A stretch of DNA of 34,629 nt from the IMG/VR virus record IMGVR_UViG_3300032320_002793, positions 1 to 34,629 of that record. One strand, written 5' to 3'. Under the pieces are notes generated by a model. The model was not told where the DNA came from. It saw nothing but the letters and a program-made list of their open reading frames with translations, and searched no databases. Each line of letters starts with the position of its first letter. The first letter of the stretch is position 1. This document shows, one piece after another, positions 17,832 through 26,751 of this stretch. The position numbers and the translations under genes were made by a program. The DNA is from a virus (lineage: Duplodnaviria > Caudoviricetes).

Positions 17832-18112
17832 TGATAAAACTTAGTAATTTTTTAAACGAAAGAGAAGTAGGAGAAACAGAAATTGATTCTAAAACAGGCA
17901 TAAAAACTACTTTAACTAATATCGACCCAGAAACAGACAAGTATTCTTGGGATGTATCATATGAAGTTGACCCCCAGTTTTTATATAATAAATTAAATGA
18001 TTTAGTAATATATCTTAAAAAAGCAGAAGAGGGATCTGAATTAGCTAAATTTAGAGATATACTTAAAAATTTAAAAAATAAAACTGCTAGAGTAATAAAC
18101 CAAAAGAAATAA
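17831..18112 (+). CDS. Hypothetical protein (93 aa, start revised to ATG 17831), possible internal head protein
   Basis: TAATG overlaps at both ends; starts MIKLSNFLNE. Confidence 0.7.
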   Translation: MIKLSNFLNEREVGETEIDSKTGIKTTLTNIDPETDKYSWDVSYEVDPQFLYNKLNDLVIYLKKAEEGSELAKFRDILKNLKNKTARVINQKK

Positions 18113-18972
18113 TGGAGTTTAAACCAACACCATATACTAAACAACAATTTCTAAGTAAGTTAGTTATACCAACTGACCCACACATTGGAAACCCAAATCA
18201 GGTTGAAACTGAATTAAAACCAGGACAACCTGAGTTCAATCGTGCTTACCAAACATCATATAAAGATGAAACAAAGGTAAAACCGATTTCTATTGGTTTG
18301 CAAGATATAGATGAAACTATCTCATATTATTTTTCAAATGTAATTAAACCTACAGCTACACAAAATAATAGACAAATTCCTGTTCCAATAATTTATGGTT
18401 CTCCAGAAAAATGGAAAGCAGTACAAGCTGATGGTTATTATAGAGACGGTCAAGAAAAAATAATGGCACCTTTAATTATGTTCCAAAGAGAATCTATTAC
18501 TAAAGATAGATCAATTGGTAACAAATTAGATGGTAATAAAGTAAGAAATTTTCAATACTTTGAATTACCATACACTTCAAGAAATTACTATGATAATTTC
18601 AAGGTTTTACAAAATCAAAAGAAACAAAAAGAATTCATATTAGGAATTATTCCTGATTATCTTATTATAACATACAAAGTTATTGTTTGGACAGATTTTA
18701 TTGAAGACCAAATGAATACAGTTATAGAAGCATTTGAATTTGCTTCGGATTCATATTGGGGTGACCCAGAAAGATTTATGTTTAGAGCAAGAATCGATGA
18801 ATTTCCAACAGTTACAACAGTAAGTAATAATGCAGATAGAGCAAACAAAAGCGAATTTAACATTAAAGTTAACGCTTACATTATTCCATCAGGTATTAAC
18901 GCAGCTCAGGCGGGTCCTAACCCATTAGCGTATAATATTACCAAAACTTATTTCAAAGAAAGAACATCTTAG
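18112..18972 (+). CDS. Tail terminator/sheath stabiliser (T4 gp15-like)
   Basis: 'IPVPIIYGSPEKW', 'PLIMF', 'PDYLIITYKVIVWT....DQMNTVIE'; follows the neck genes. Confidence 0.7.
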   Translation: MEFKPTPYTKQQFLSKLVIPTDPHIGNPNQVETELKPGQPEFNRAYQTSYKDETKVKPISIGLQDIDETISYYFSNVIKPTATQNNRQIPVPIIYGSPEKWKAVQADGYYRDGQEKIMAPLIMFQRESITKDRSIGNKLDGNKVRNFQYFELPYTSRNYYDNFKVLQNQKKQKEFILGIIPDYLIITYKVIVWTDFIEDQMNTVIEAFEFASDSYWGDPERFMFRARIDEFPTVTTVSNNADRANKSEFNIKVNAYIIPSGINAAQAGPNPLAYNITKTYFKERTS

Positions 18973-18994
18973 TAAGTTCCATTTAGGGTTCGTC

Positions 18995-19002
18995 ATATTT
19001 AT
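18995..19002 (+). promoter_or_regulatory. ATATTTAT putative late promoter motif
   Basis: 29 nt before fibre gene ATG 19032. Confidence 0.6.
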
Positions 19003-19031
19003 TATAGAATAATTCTAAACGAAATTTACAC

Positions 19032-20936
19032 ATGCCGTCATTCATAAGTACAAACGGGATACAAAGTGGTAGCTTAATTGAAGCTTCACAAGTATTAAAC
19101 ATCATTAACGCACTTAATGGTGTAACCTCATCAAATGTTCAAATAGGTGGTGCCCTTATATTATCATCTTCAGCTGATCTTGTATTACAACCAGGTGCGC
19201 TTACTCAAAACAATGTTGCTCCAACAACTTTAACCTACGATACAGGTTCAGGTTTAGTATACTATAGTACAGTTACTCCAGGTGCTTCAGGTACTTCAGG
19301 TACTTCAGGTACTTCTGGTGGTGCCGGTGCTTCTGGTTCATCGGGTACATCAGGTACTTCAGGTGGAACTGGTTCATCAGGTACAAGTGGTACTTCTGGT
19401 ACTAATGGTTCTTCAGGAACTTCAGGTGGTAGTGGTTCAAGCGGTACATCAGGTACTTCAGGTGGAACTGGTTCAAGCGGTACATCAGGTACTTCAGGAA
19501 CTAATGGTTCAAGTGGTACTTCAGGTATAAACGGTACAGCAGGTACTTCAGGTACAAGTGGTATAAATGGTACATCACCTTCTTATGCTACTACTTCTAC
19601 TATGGTAGTTAACTTATCATCAGTAGTAGTAGGTAATACTTTTACTCTTACAAATTTAGCAACAACAAATTTAGCATACACAGTAGGTACAGCAATAGCT
19701 GTAGCTTATGATGTAAATAATTTCTTTGAAGGCCACGTTAGCGCATATGCTGGCGGAGCTCAGATTTCAATATATGTTGATGAAGTAACAGGCTCAGGAA
19801 GTTTTGCCACATGGAACGTAAATTTAACAGGTAACGCTGGTACTTCAGGTTCTTCAGGAACATCAGGTTCAAATGGCACTTCAGGTTCTTCAGGTACAAA
19901 CGGTACTTCAGGAACTTCAGGTACAAACGGTACAAACGGTACTTCAGGAAGTAATGGTACAAATGGTACAAGTGGTTCTTCAGGTACAAGTGGTATAAAT
20001 GGTACAAGTGGTTCTTCAGGAACTTCAGGTACAAACGGAACTTCAGGTTCAAGTGGAACTTCTGGTTCTTCAGGTAGTTCAGGTTCAAGTGGTACATCAG
20101 GAAATGGTACTTCAGGTTCATCTGGTACAAGCGGTGTAGCTGGTACTTCAGGTTCATCTGGTACATCAGGTATAAATGGTACAAGTGGTTCTTCAGGAAC
20201 TTCAGGTGCTAATGGTGCAAATGGCTCTTCAGGCACATCAGGATCTTCAGGCACATCAGGATCTTCAGGTTCATCAGGTACTTCAGGAAATGGTACTTCA
20301 GGATCAAGTGGTACAAGTGGTATAGCTGGTACTTCAGGTTCATCAGGTACTTCAGGTGCTACAGGTGCTGCTGGTTCAAGTGGAACTTCAGGTTCATCAG
20401 GTACTTCAGGTGCTACCGGTGCTTCTGGTTCAAGTGGAACTTCAGGTTCTTCAGGAACTTCAGGCATAGGCACAAATGGTTCATCAGGTACATCAGGCAC
20501 TTCAGGTGCCGGTGCTGCTGGTGCTCCTCAAATGTATCAAGTAGAAATTTTATTTAGTGGTGGTGCTATTGATACTGCAACAAATAATGGTATTGGTACT
20601 GTATTAGGACCTAATGGTGAAAACCAAGCAACTTTAGTAGCTGCGGGTTGGGTATTTACTTGCCCAACAACTTCAAGAATTACTATTACAAGACCTTCAG
20701 GTAAAAGAGTTCAACCTCTAACTGCTATATTAACTAATGGCCAAACATCATCAGGTGGTGCTCAGGTAGTTACAAAAGCACCTAATGGTATTTCATCAGC
20801 TGCTTACTCAGCAATTCAAACATATTCAGGTGGTGCATTTACTACCTTAGATATATACGCATTAACTAATGCAAATACAGGGGTAGCAGCCGCAGGTACT
20901 GCATCTTGTTGGGTTACTTTTGGTTTAATAAGTTAA
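19032..20936 (+). CDS. Ser/Thr-rich Gly-X-Y repeat fibre protein 1 (634 aa)
   Basis: Two (GTS/GSS/GTN)n tracts separated by a ~85-aa beta-rich module; non-repetitive N- and C-terminal domains. Confidence 0.85.
   Translation: MPSFISTNGIQSGSLIEASQVLNIINALNGVTSSNVQIGGALILSSSADLVLQPGALTQNNVAPTTLTYDTGSGLVYYSTVTPGASGTSGTSGTSGGAGASGSSGTSGTSGGTGSSGTSGTSGTNGSSGTSGGSGSSGTSGTSGGTGSSGTSGTSGTNGSSGTSGINGTAGTSGTSGINGTSPSYATTSTMVVNLSSVVVGNTFTLTNLATTNLAYTVGTAIAVAYDVNNFFEGHVSAYAGGAQISIYVDEVTGSGSFATWNVNLTGNAGTSGSSGTSGSNGTSGSSGTNGTSGTSGTNGTNGTSGSNGTNGTSGSSGTSGINGTSGSSGTSGTNGTSGSSGTSGSSGSSGSSGTSGNGTSGSSGTSGVAGTSGSSGTSGINGTSGSSGTSGANGANGSSGTSGSSGTSGSSGSSGTSGNGTSGSSGTSGIAGTSGSSGTSGATGAAGSSGTSGSSGTSGATGASGSSGTSGSSGTSGIGTNGSSGTSGTSGAGAAGAPQMYQVEILFSGGAIDTATNNGIGTVLGPNGENQATLVAAGWVFTCPTTSRITITRPSGKRVQPLTAILTNGQTSSGGAQVVTKAPNGISSAAYSAIQTYSGGAFTTLDIYALTNANTGVAAAGTASCWVTFGLIS
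19280..20526 (+). repeat. Degenerate 9-bp tandem repeats (GGTACTTCA/GGTTCATCA type) encoding GTS/GSS
   Basis: Visible tracts at ~19280-19577 and ~19839-20526. Confidence 0.9.
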
Positions 20937-20958
20937 AAATTTTTAATATAAAAATAAA

Positions 20959-23900
20959 ATGGCAGTACAGACTCCCGACATTTCGATAATAGGTAAAATC
21001 CCCTTTGGTGGATTTAGTGTATCACAATCTTTCAGTTCTGGAAGTAGTGATTACAATGGTACACCTTATGTATTTGAATGTACTTTTGAAATAGTACAAC
21101 AAGCAGGAGCTTCACCATATCCTGCATCCAACCCAGATGTATATAATGCTTATTCAATTAATCCTGGATTTAAATTTGCTCTTCCCTCAGGAAAAGTATA
21201 TGATGTAGTAACAGTTAATACAACAACTACTACAGCAGCAACTATAGGATTAAGAGATACAGATTTAAATATATTTGTTAACTCACAATTAGATCCACCA
21301 GATAACCTTCCCAATGAAGAACAATATGGTGTTTTCTTTCCTATAGTAAGTGGTTCAGCGCAATTATCAAATTTACAACAACAAGTTGCTAACTTTTCTC
21401 TTGCCTCTTATTGGGTTTCAGATTTAATAGGAGCTCAAATTACTAACATTGCTGAAAATGGTGGAGGAAGCGGAAGTGGCTCATCAGGTACATCAGGTAC
21501 TTCAGGAGCTAACGGCTCTTCAGGTACATCAGGTTCTAGTGGTACTTCAGGTGCTACTGGTTCTCCGGGTGCTGCCGGTTCATCAGGTACATCTGGTTCT
21601 TCAGGAACTACAGGTGCTCCAGGTGCCAATGGTTCAAGCGGTACAAGCGGTACAAGTGGTGTAAATGGTACTTCAGGTACATCAGGCGATTCAGGTACTT
21701 CAGGAACTTCAGGTGCTACAGGTGCTGCTGGTTCAAGTGGTACTTCAGGAACTTCAGGTAATTCAGGTACAAGTGGTGCTTCTGGTTCAAGTGGAACTTC
21801 AGGTTCTTCAGGAACTTCTGGTACTTCAGGTATAAGTGGAGTTAATGGTACAAGTGGTTCTTCAGGTACTTCAGGTACATCAGGTATAAATGGTACAAAT
21901 GGTTCTTCAGGTACAAGTGGTATTTCTGGTACTAATGGTTCTTCAGGTACTTCTGGTTCATCAGGTTCAAGTGGAACTTCAGGTTCATCTGGTTCATCAG
22001 GTTCAAGTGGTACTTCAGGTTCTTCAGGCACTTCAGGATCTTCAGGTGCTGATGGTACATCAGGTACTTCAGGAGCTAATGGTGACAAATATAGATCAGA
22101 CGCTACAGGTTCTTATACAATATCGGATCAGTATGGTGTTATATTTGCATCAGCTTCATTAGCATACTCTCCAGTTCAATCAATTATCGTATTAGCTTCA
22201 GGTTCAACAACAAATTATGTTGAAGCTCAAGTTACAAATTATAACGCAGGAAATGGTGAATTATCATTTACTGCAATTAACCATTATGGTTCAGGAACAT
22301 TTGTTAACTGGTCAGTTAACTTAGATGGTGCCTCTGGTGGTGATGGCTCTTCAGGTACAAGTGGTACTTCAGGCGCTAATGGTTCATCAGGTACATCAGG
22401 TATAAACGGTACAAATGGTTCTTCAGGAACTTCAGGAACAAATGGTACTTCTGGTACTAATGGTTCATCAGGTACTTCAGGTGTAGGCACAGATGGTTCA
22501 TCAGGTACTTCAGGTACTTCAGGTGCAAACGGTACTTCAGGTTCTTCAGGTACTTCAGGTGCTGCTGGTGCAAATGGTTCAAGTGGTACAAGTGGTATTG
22601 GATTTAGATGGGAAAGTATTTGGAGTTCAAGCACAACATATACTGGATACGATGTAGTTTACTATCAAGGTAGCTCATATGTTTCAATAGATAATGTTAA
22701 CCTGAATCATCAACCAGATTCAAGCCCAGCATATTGGGAATTAATGACAGCAGCTGGTTCTTCAGGAACTTCAGGTGCTAACGGTGCAAATGGCTCTTCA
22801 GGTACGTCAGGATCTTCTGGTACATCAGGTACTTCAGGAAATGGTACATCAGGTTCATCAGGTACAAGTGGTTCATCAGGTACTTCAGGTGTAGGTGTAG
22901 ATGGCTCTTCAGGTACTTCAGGTACTTCAGGAGTATCAGGCACAAATGGTACAAGTGGTGCAAACGGAACAAACGGTACTTCTGGTACTAATGGTTCATC
23001 CGGAACATCTGGTAATTCAGGTGCTGATGGTTCTTCAGGTAGTTCAGGTAGTTCAGGTACTTCAGGATCTTCAGGATCTTCAGGTTCATCTGGTAGCTCA
23101 GGTTCATCAGGTACTTCAGGATCTTCAGGAACTTCAGGTGCTTCTGGTTCTTCAGGTACATCTGGTAGTTCAGGACAAAGTGGTACTGATGGTTCATCAG
23201 GTACAAGTGGCGAAAGTGGTTCATCAGGTACAAGTGGAGAAAGCGGTAGCTCAGGTACATCAGGTGTAAGTGGTTCTTCAGGTACATCAGGATCTTCTGG
23301 TACATCAGGTTCATCTGGTACTTCTGGTTCAAGCGGTACTTCTGGTACTAATGGTTCTTCAGGAACTTCAGGTACAAACGGATCTTCAGGAACTTCGGGC
23401 ACAGCTGGTTCTTCAGGAACTTCAGGCGAATCAGGTTCATCAGGTTCTTCTGGTTCATCAGGTTCATCTGGTACAAGTGGCGAAAGCGGCTCATCAGGTT
23501 CATCTGGTTCTTCAGGTGAAAGTGGATCTTCAGGAACAAGCGGTTCTTCAGGAACTAGTGGTTCATCAGGCGTAAGTGGATCTTCAGGAACAAGCGGTTC
23601 ATCAGGTACAAGTGGAGAAAGCGGTTCATCAGGTACATCAGGTGCAAGTGGTGATTTATATAGATCAGCAGCTACAGGTTCGTTTACGATAGCTAGTTCT
23701 AATGGTACTATATTCGCATCATCTTCATTAGCTTACTCACCAGTACAATCAATTATTATAGTAGCTTCTGGTTCAATAGTAAATTATGTTGAAGCAGAAG
23801 TTGTAACATACAACACCGGAACGGGTGAATTATCATTTATTGTAATTAATCGTTTCGGTTCAGGAACATTTACCGATTGGAATATCAACTTAGATGGTGC

Positions 23901-26454
23901 TTCAGGAGGTAATGGTTCATCAGGTACTTCAGGTTCATCAGGTACTTCTGGTGCTAATGGCTCTTCAGGCACATCAGGATCTTCAGGTGCCGATGGTTCA
24001 TCTGGTACTTCAGGTATAGATGGAACAAGTGGATCTTCAGGTACTTCTGGTTCATCAGGTTCATCTGGTTCTTCAGGAACTTCAGGTAACTCAGGTTCAT
24101 CAGGTTCATCTGGTAGCTCAGGCTCATCAGGAACTTCAGGTGAATCAGGATCAAGCGGTTCAAGTGGTACAAGTGGTACTTCAGGTACAAATGGTTCAAG
24201 CGGTACTTCAGGTACATCAGGTTCATCAGGCACAAGCGGTACTTCAGGTATCAGTGGTGTAAACGGAACTAATGGTTCTTCAGGCACTTCAGGTACAAGC
24301 GGAGTAGGAACAGATGGTTCAAGTGGTACTTCAGGATCTTCAGGTACATCAGGTATAAATGGTACTTCTGGTTCTTCAGGTACATCAGGCTCATCAGGTG
24401 TAAGTGGAACAGATGGTTCAAGCGGTACTTCAGGTTTAAATGGTACTTCAGGATCTTCAGGATCTTCAGGTTCATCAGGTTCATCAGGAACATCTGGTGT
24501 TTCAGGCTCATCAGGTTCATCTGGTAGCTCAGGTTCATCAGGAACTAGTGGAGTAAGTGGTAGTTCAGGTACATCAGGTTCTAATGGTACTGATGGTTCT
24601 TCAGGAACTTCAGGAACTAATGGTACAGATGGTAGTTCTGGTACTTCAGGAAGCTCAGGTACATCTGGTTCATCAGGTACTTCAGGTTCATCAGGAACTA
24701 GTGGAGTAAGTGGTAGTTCAGGTACATCGGGTATAGATGGCTCATCAGGTACTTCAGGTTCAAGCGGAACTAGTGGTTCAAGTGGTTCTTCAGGAACAAG
24801 TGGTAGTTCAGGAACATCTGGTTCAAGCGGTAGTTCAGGAACTTCTGGTTCATCAGGAACTTCTGGCTCAAGTGGAACATCTGGTTCTAACGGAACAGAT
24901 GGTAGTTCAGGAACAAGTGGTAGTAATGGTACAGACGGTTCTTCAGGAACATCAGGAACATCTGGTAGTTCAGGAACAAGTGGTAGTTCAGGAACATCTG
25001 GTTCATCAGGAACATCTGGTTCATCAGGAACTTCAGGCGCAAATGGTGATTTATATAGAACAACATCAAGTACTTCATTTACTTTAGGTAATGCTGGAAC
25101 AATAACAGTAGGAACAGGTTTAGCTTATTCAGTAGCTCAATCTATAATCATAGCTTATGATGCTAATAATTACCAAGAATGTGAAGTCATTTCTTATAAC
25201 CCAGGAACAGGCGCAATACAATTTGCTGCTCCAACTAGAACAGTAGGTTCAGGAACACAAAGTTCATGGAACGTTAACTTAGATGGTGCTTCAGGTGGTG
25301 ATGGTAGTTCAGGTACAAGCGGTAGCTCAGGTACATCAGGTATAGATGGTTCTTCAGGAACTTCAGGATCAAGCGGTACTTCAGGTACATCAGGTTCAAG
25401 TGGAACTTCAGGTTCTTCAGGAACTTCAGGATCAAGCGGTACTTCAGGTTCATCTGGTTCAAGCGGAACATCAGGTTCATCTGGTTCAAGTGGAACTTCA
25501 GGTTCATCAGGTACATCGGGTATAGATGGCTCATCAGGTACTTCAGGTTCAAGCGGAACTAGTGGTTCAAGTGGTTCGTCAGGAACTTCAGGATCAAGTG
25601 GTTCATCAGGAACGTCAGGTTCAAGCGGAACATCAGGCTCATCTGGTTCAAGTGGAACTTCAGGTGTTGATGGTTCTTCAGGAACGTCAGGTTCAAGTGG
25701 AACATCAGGTTCATCTGGTTCAAGTGGAACTAGTGGAACAAGTGGTTCTTCAGGAACAAGTGGATCAAGTGGTACCTCAGGAACATCAGGTTCAAGTGGT
25801 ACATCAGGATCATCAGGAAGTTCAGGTTCATCAGGTTCATCAGGTACTTCAGGTTCATCTGGTAGCTCAGGTTCAAGCGGATCTTCAGGTACATCAGGCT
25901 CAAGCGGTACTTCAGGTTCAAGTGGTTCTTCAGGATCAAGTGGCTCAAGCGGTACATCAGGATCAAGTGGTACTTCAGTACAATTAGTAGCAACTAATAG
26001 TCAAGTATTATACGCAAGTGGTTCAGGTACATTGGTAGCAACAGGTTCAACAGGATTAACGTTTGACCCAAGTACAGGTGGTGGTACATTAACTGTAGGA
26101 ACGTTAAATGGTACTGTTAAAAACTTTAGAATACCACACCAAACATTAGAAGGATTCGATTTAGTATATTCATCTCTTGAAGGTCCAGAAATTGGAGTAT
26201 ATGTAAGAGGTAAGATTGAATTAGACAATACTATCGAATTACCAGAACATTGGACATGGTTAGTAGACGAAGAAACAATTTCAGTTCAATTAACACCAAT
26301 TTCAAGCCCAGTTGCTCACTATGTAATTGAAGTTAAAGACAATAAAGTAGTGATTAACAGTGAATCAGGAATAGTAAATTGTTACTATACGATTTATGGT
26401 GAACGAAAGGATGTTAATAAGTTAATAATAGAACCGAAACGTAGTTCATTATAA
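20959..26454 (+). CDS. Giant Ser/Thr-rich Gly-X-Y repeat fibre protein 2 (1831 aa)
   Basis: Five GTS/GSS tracts separated by three copies of the ~85-aa module and one Trp-rich CBM-like module. C-terminal 'KNFRIPH...EGPEIGVYVRG' domain resembles C-terminal (chaperone-like) domains of phage fibres. Confidence 0.88.
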   Translation: MAVQTPDISIIGKIPFGGFSVSQSFSSGSSDYNGTPYVFECTFEIVQQAGASPYPASNPDVYNAYSINPGFKFALPSGKVYDVVTVNTTTTTAATIGLRDTDLNIFVNSQLDPPDNLPNEEQYGVFFPIVSGSAQLSNLQQQVANFSLASYWVSDLIGAQITNIAENGGGSGSGSSGTSGTSGANGSSGTSGSSGTSGATGSPGAAGSSGTSGSSGTTGAPGANGSSGTSGTSGVNGTSGTSGDSGTSGTSGATGAAGSSGTSGTSGNSGTSGASGSSGTSGSSGTSGTSGISGVNGTSGSSGTSGTSGINGTNGSSGTSGISGTNGSSGTSGSSGSSGTSGSSGSSGSSGTSGSSGTSGSSGADGTSGTSGANGDKYRSDATGSYTISDQYGVIFASASLAYSPVQSIIVLASGSTTNYVEAQVTNYNAGNGELSFTAINHYGSGTFVNWSVNLDGASGGDGSSGTSGTSGANGSSGTSGINGTNGSSGTSGTNGTSGTNGSSGTSGVGTDGSSGTSGTSGANGTSGSSGTSGAAGANGSSGTSGIGFRWESIWSSSTTYTGYDVVYYQGSSYVSIDNVNLNHQPDSSPAYWELMTAAGSSGTSGANGANGSSGTSGSSGTSGTSGNGTSGSSGTSGSSGTSGVGVDGSSGTSGTSGVSGTNGTSGANGTNGTSGTNGSSGTSGNSGADGSSGSSGSSGTSGSSGSSGSSGSSGSSGTSGSSGTSGASGSSGTSGSSGQSGTDGSSGTSGESGSSGTSGESGSSGTSGVSGSSGTSGSSGTSGSSGTSGSSGTSGTNGSSGTSGTNGSSGTSGTAGSSGTSGESGSSGSSGSSGSSGTSGESGSSGSSGSSGESGSSGTSGSSGTSGSSGVSGSSGTSGSSGTSGESGSSGTSGASGDLYRSAATGSFTIASSNGTIFASSSLAYSPVQSIIIVASGSIVNYVEAEVVTYNTGTGELSFIVINRFGSGTFTDWNINLDGASGGNGSSGTSGSSGTSGANGSSGTSGSSGADGSSGTSGIDGTSGSSGTSGSSGSSGSSGTSGNSGSSGSSGSSGSSGTSGESGSSGSSGTSGTSGTNGSSGTSGTSGSSGTSGTSGISGVNGTNGSSGTSGTSGVGTDGSSGTSGSSGTSGINGTSGSSGTSGSSGVSGTDGSSGTSGLNGTSGSSGSSGSSGSSGTSGVSGSSGSSGSSGSSGTSGVSGSSGTSGSNGTDGSSGTSGTNGTDGSSGTSGSSGTSGSSGTSGSSGTSGVSGSSGTSGIDGSSGTSGSSGTSGSSGSSGTSGSSGTSGSSGSSGTSGSSGTSGSSGTSGSNGTDGSSGTSGSNGTDGSSGTSGTSGSSGTSGSSGTSGSSGTSGSSGTSGANGDLYRTTSSTSFTLGNAGTITVGTGLAYSVAQSIIIAYDANNYQECEVISYNPGTGAIQFAAPTRTVGSGTQSSWNVNLDGASGGDGSSGTSGSSGTSGIDGSSGTSGSSGTSGTSGSSGTSGSSGTSGSSGTSGSSGSSGTSGSSGSSGTSGSSGTSGIDGSSGTSGSSGTSGSSGSSGTSGSSGSSGTSGSSGTSGSSGSSGTSGVDGSSGTSGSSGTSGSSGSSGTSGTSGSSGTSGSSGTSGTSGSSGTSGSSGSSGSSGSSGTSGSSGSSGSSGSSGTSGSSGTSGSSGSSGSSGSSGTSGSSGTSVQLVATNSQVLYASGSGTLVATGSTGLTFDPSTGGGTLTVGTLNGTVKNFRIPHQTLEGFDLVYSSLEGPEIGVYVRGKIELDNTIELPEHWTWLVDEETISVQLTPISSPVAHYVIEVKDNKVVINSESGIVNCYYTIYGERKDVNKLIIEPKRSSL
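21460..25977 (+). repeat. Degenerate 9-bp tandem repeat arrays encoding GTS/GSS
   Basis: Tracts at ~21460-22083, 22335-22600, 22755-23653, 23905-25047 and 25295-25977. Confidence 0.9.
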
Positions 26455-26460
26455 AAAATT

Positions 26461-26490
26461 AAAACCCCTCCCTAAAAAGAGGGGTTTTTT
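26461..26490 (+). terminator. Rho-independent terminator (possibly bidirectional)
   Basis: AAAACCCCTC-cctaaaaa-GAGGGGTTTT followed by TT. Confidence 0.85.
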
Positions 26491-26508
26491 ATTCCAAAAT
26501 TTTTACGT

Positions 26509-26516
26509 ATATTTAT
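26509..26516 (+). promoter_or_regulatory. ATATTTAT putative late promoter motif
   Basis: After the terminator, 16 nt before ATG 26533; would also drive the glycosyltransferase. Confidence 0.65.
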
Positions 26517-26532
26517 ATCAAATATAGTTTAT

Positions 26533-26727
26533 ATGATCAAACAATACAAAACATCCGCTTTTTCTATTCAACATGAAGAAGAACAAAAACAAATAGCTAT
26601 TGCTGACGAAGCAAAACAATTAGAAGAAACTAAAAAAATAGAAGAACCAAAAAAAGAACAACCTAAACAAGTTGAAAAAAAAGAACAACCTAAGGAAGAA
26701 CAACCTAAGTTTGTTAACAAATTATAA
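26533..26727 (+). CDS. Small charged low-complexity protein (64 aa)
   Basis: ORF between the motif and the glycosyltransferase; [KE]EQPK repeats. Confidence 0.55.
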   Translation: MIKQYKTSAFSIQHEEEQKQIAIADEAKQLEETKKIEEPKKEQPKQVEKKEQPKEEQPKFVNKL

Positions 26728-26751
26728 TTAGTTACACATAAATCAGTTTTA

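Noticed and set aside
628-18863. Remaining short minus-strand and alternate-frame ORFs overlapping the main genes
   Set aside because: Almost entirely nested in well-supported + strand genes, with atypical composition and no recognisable motifs.
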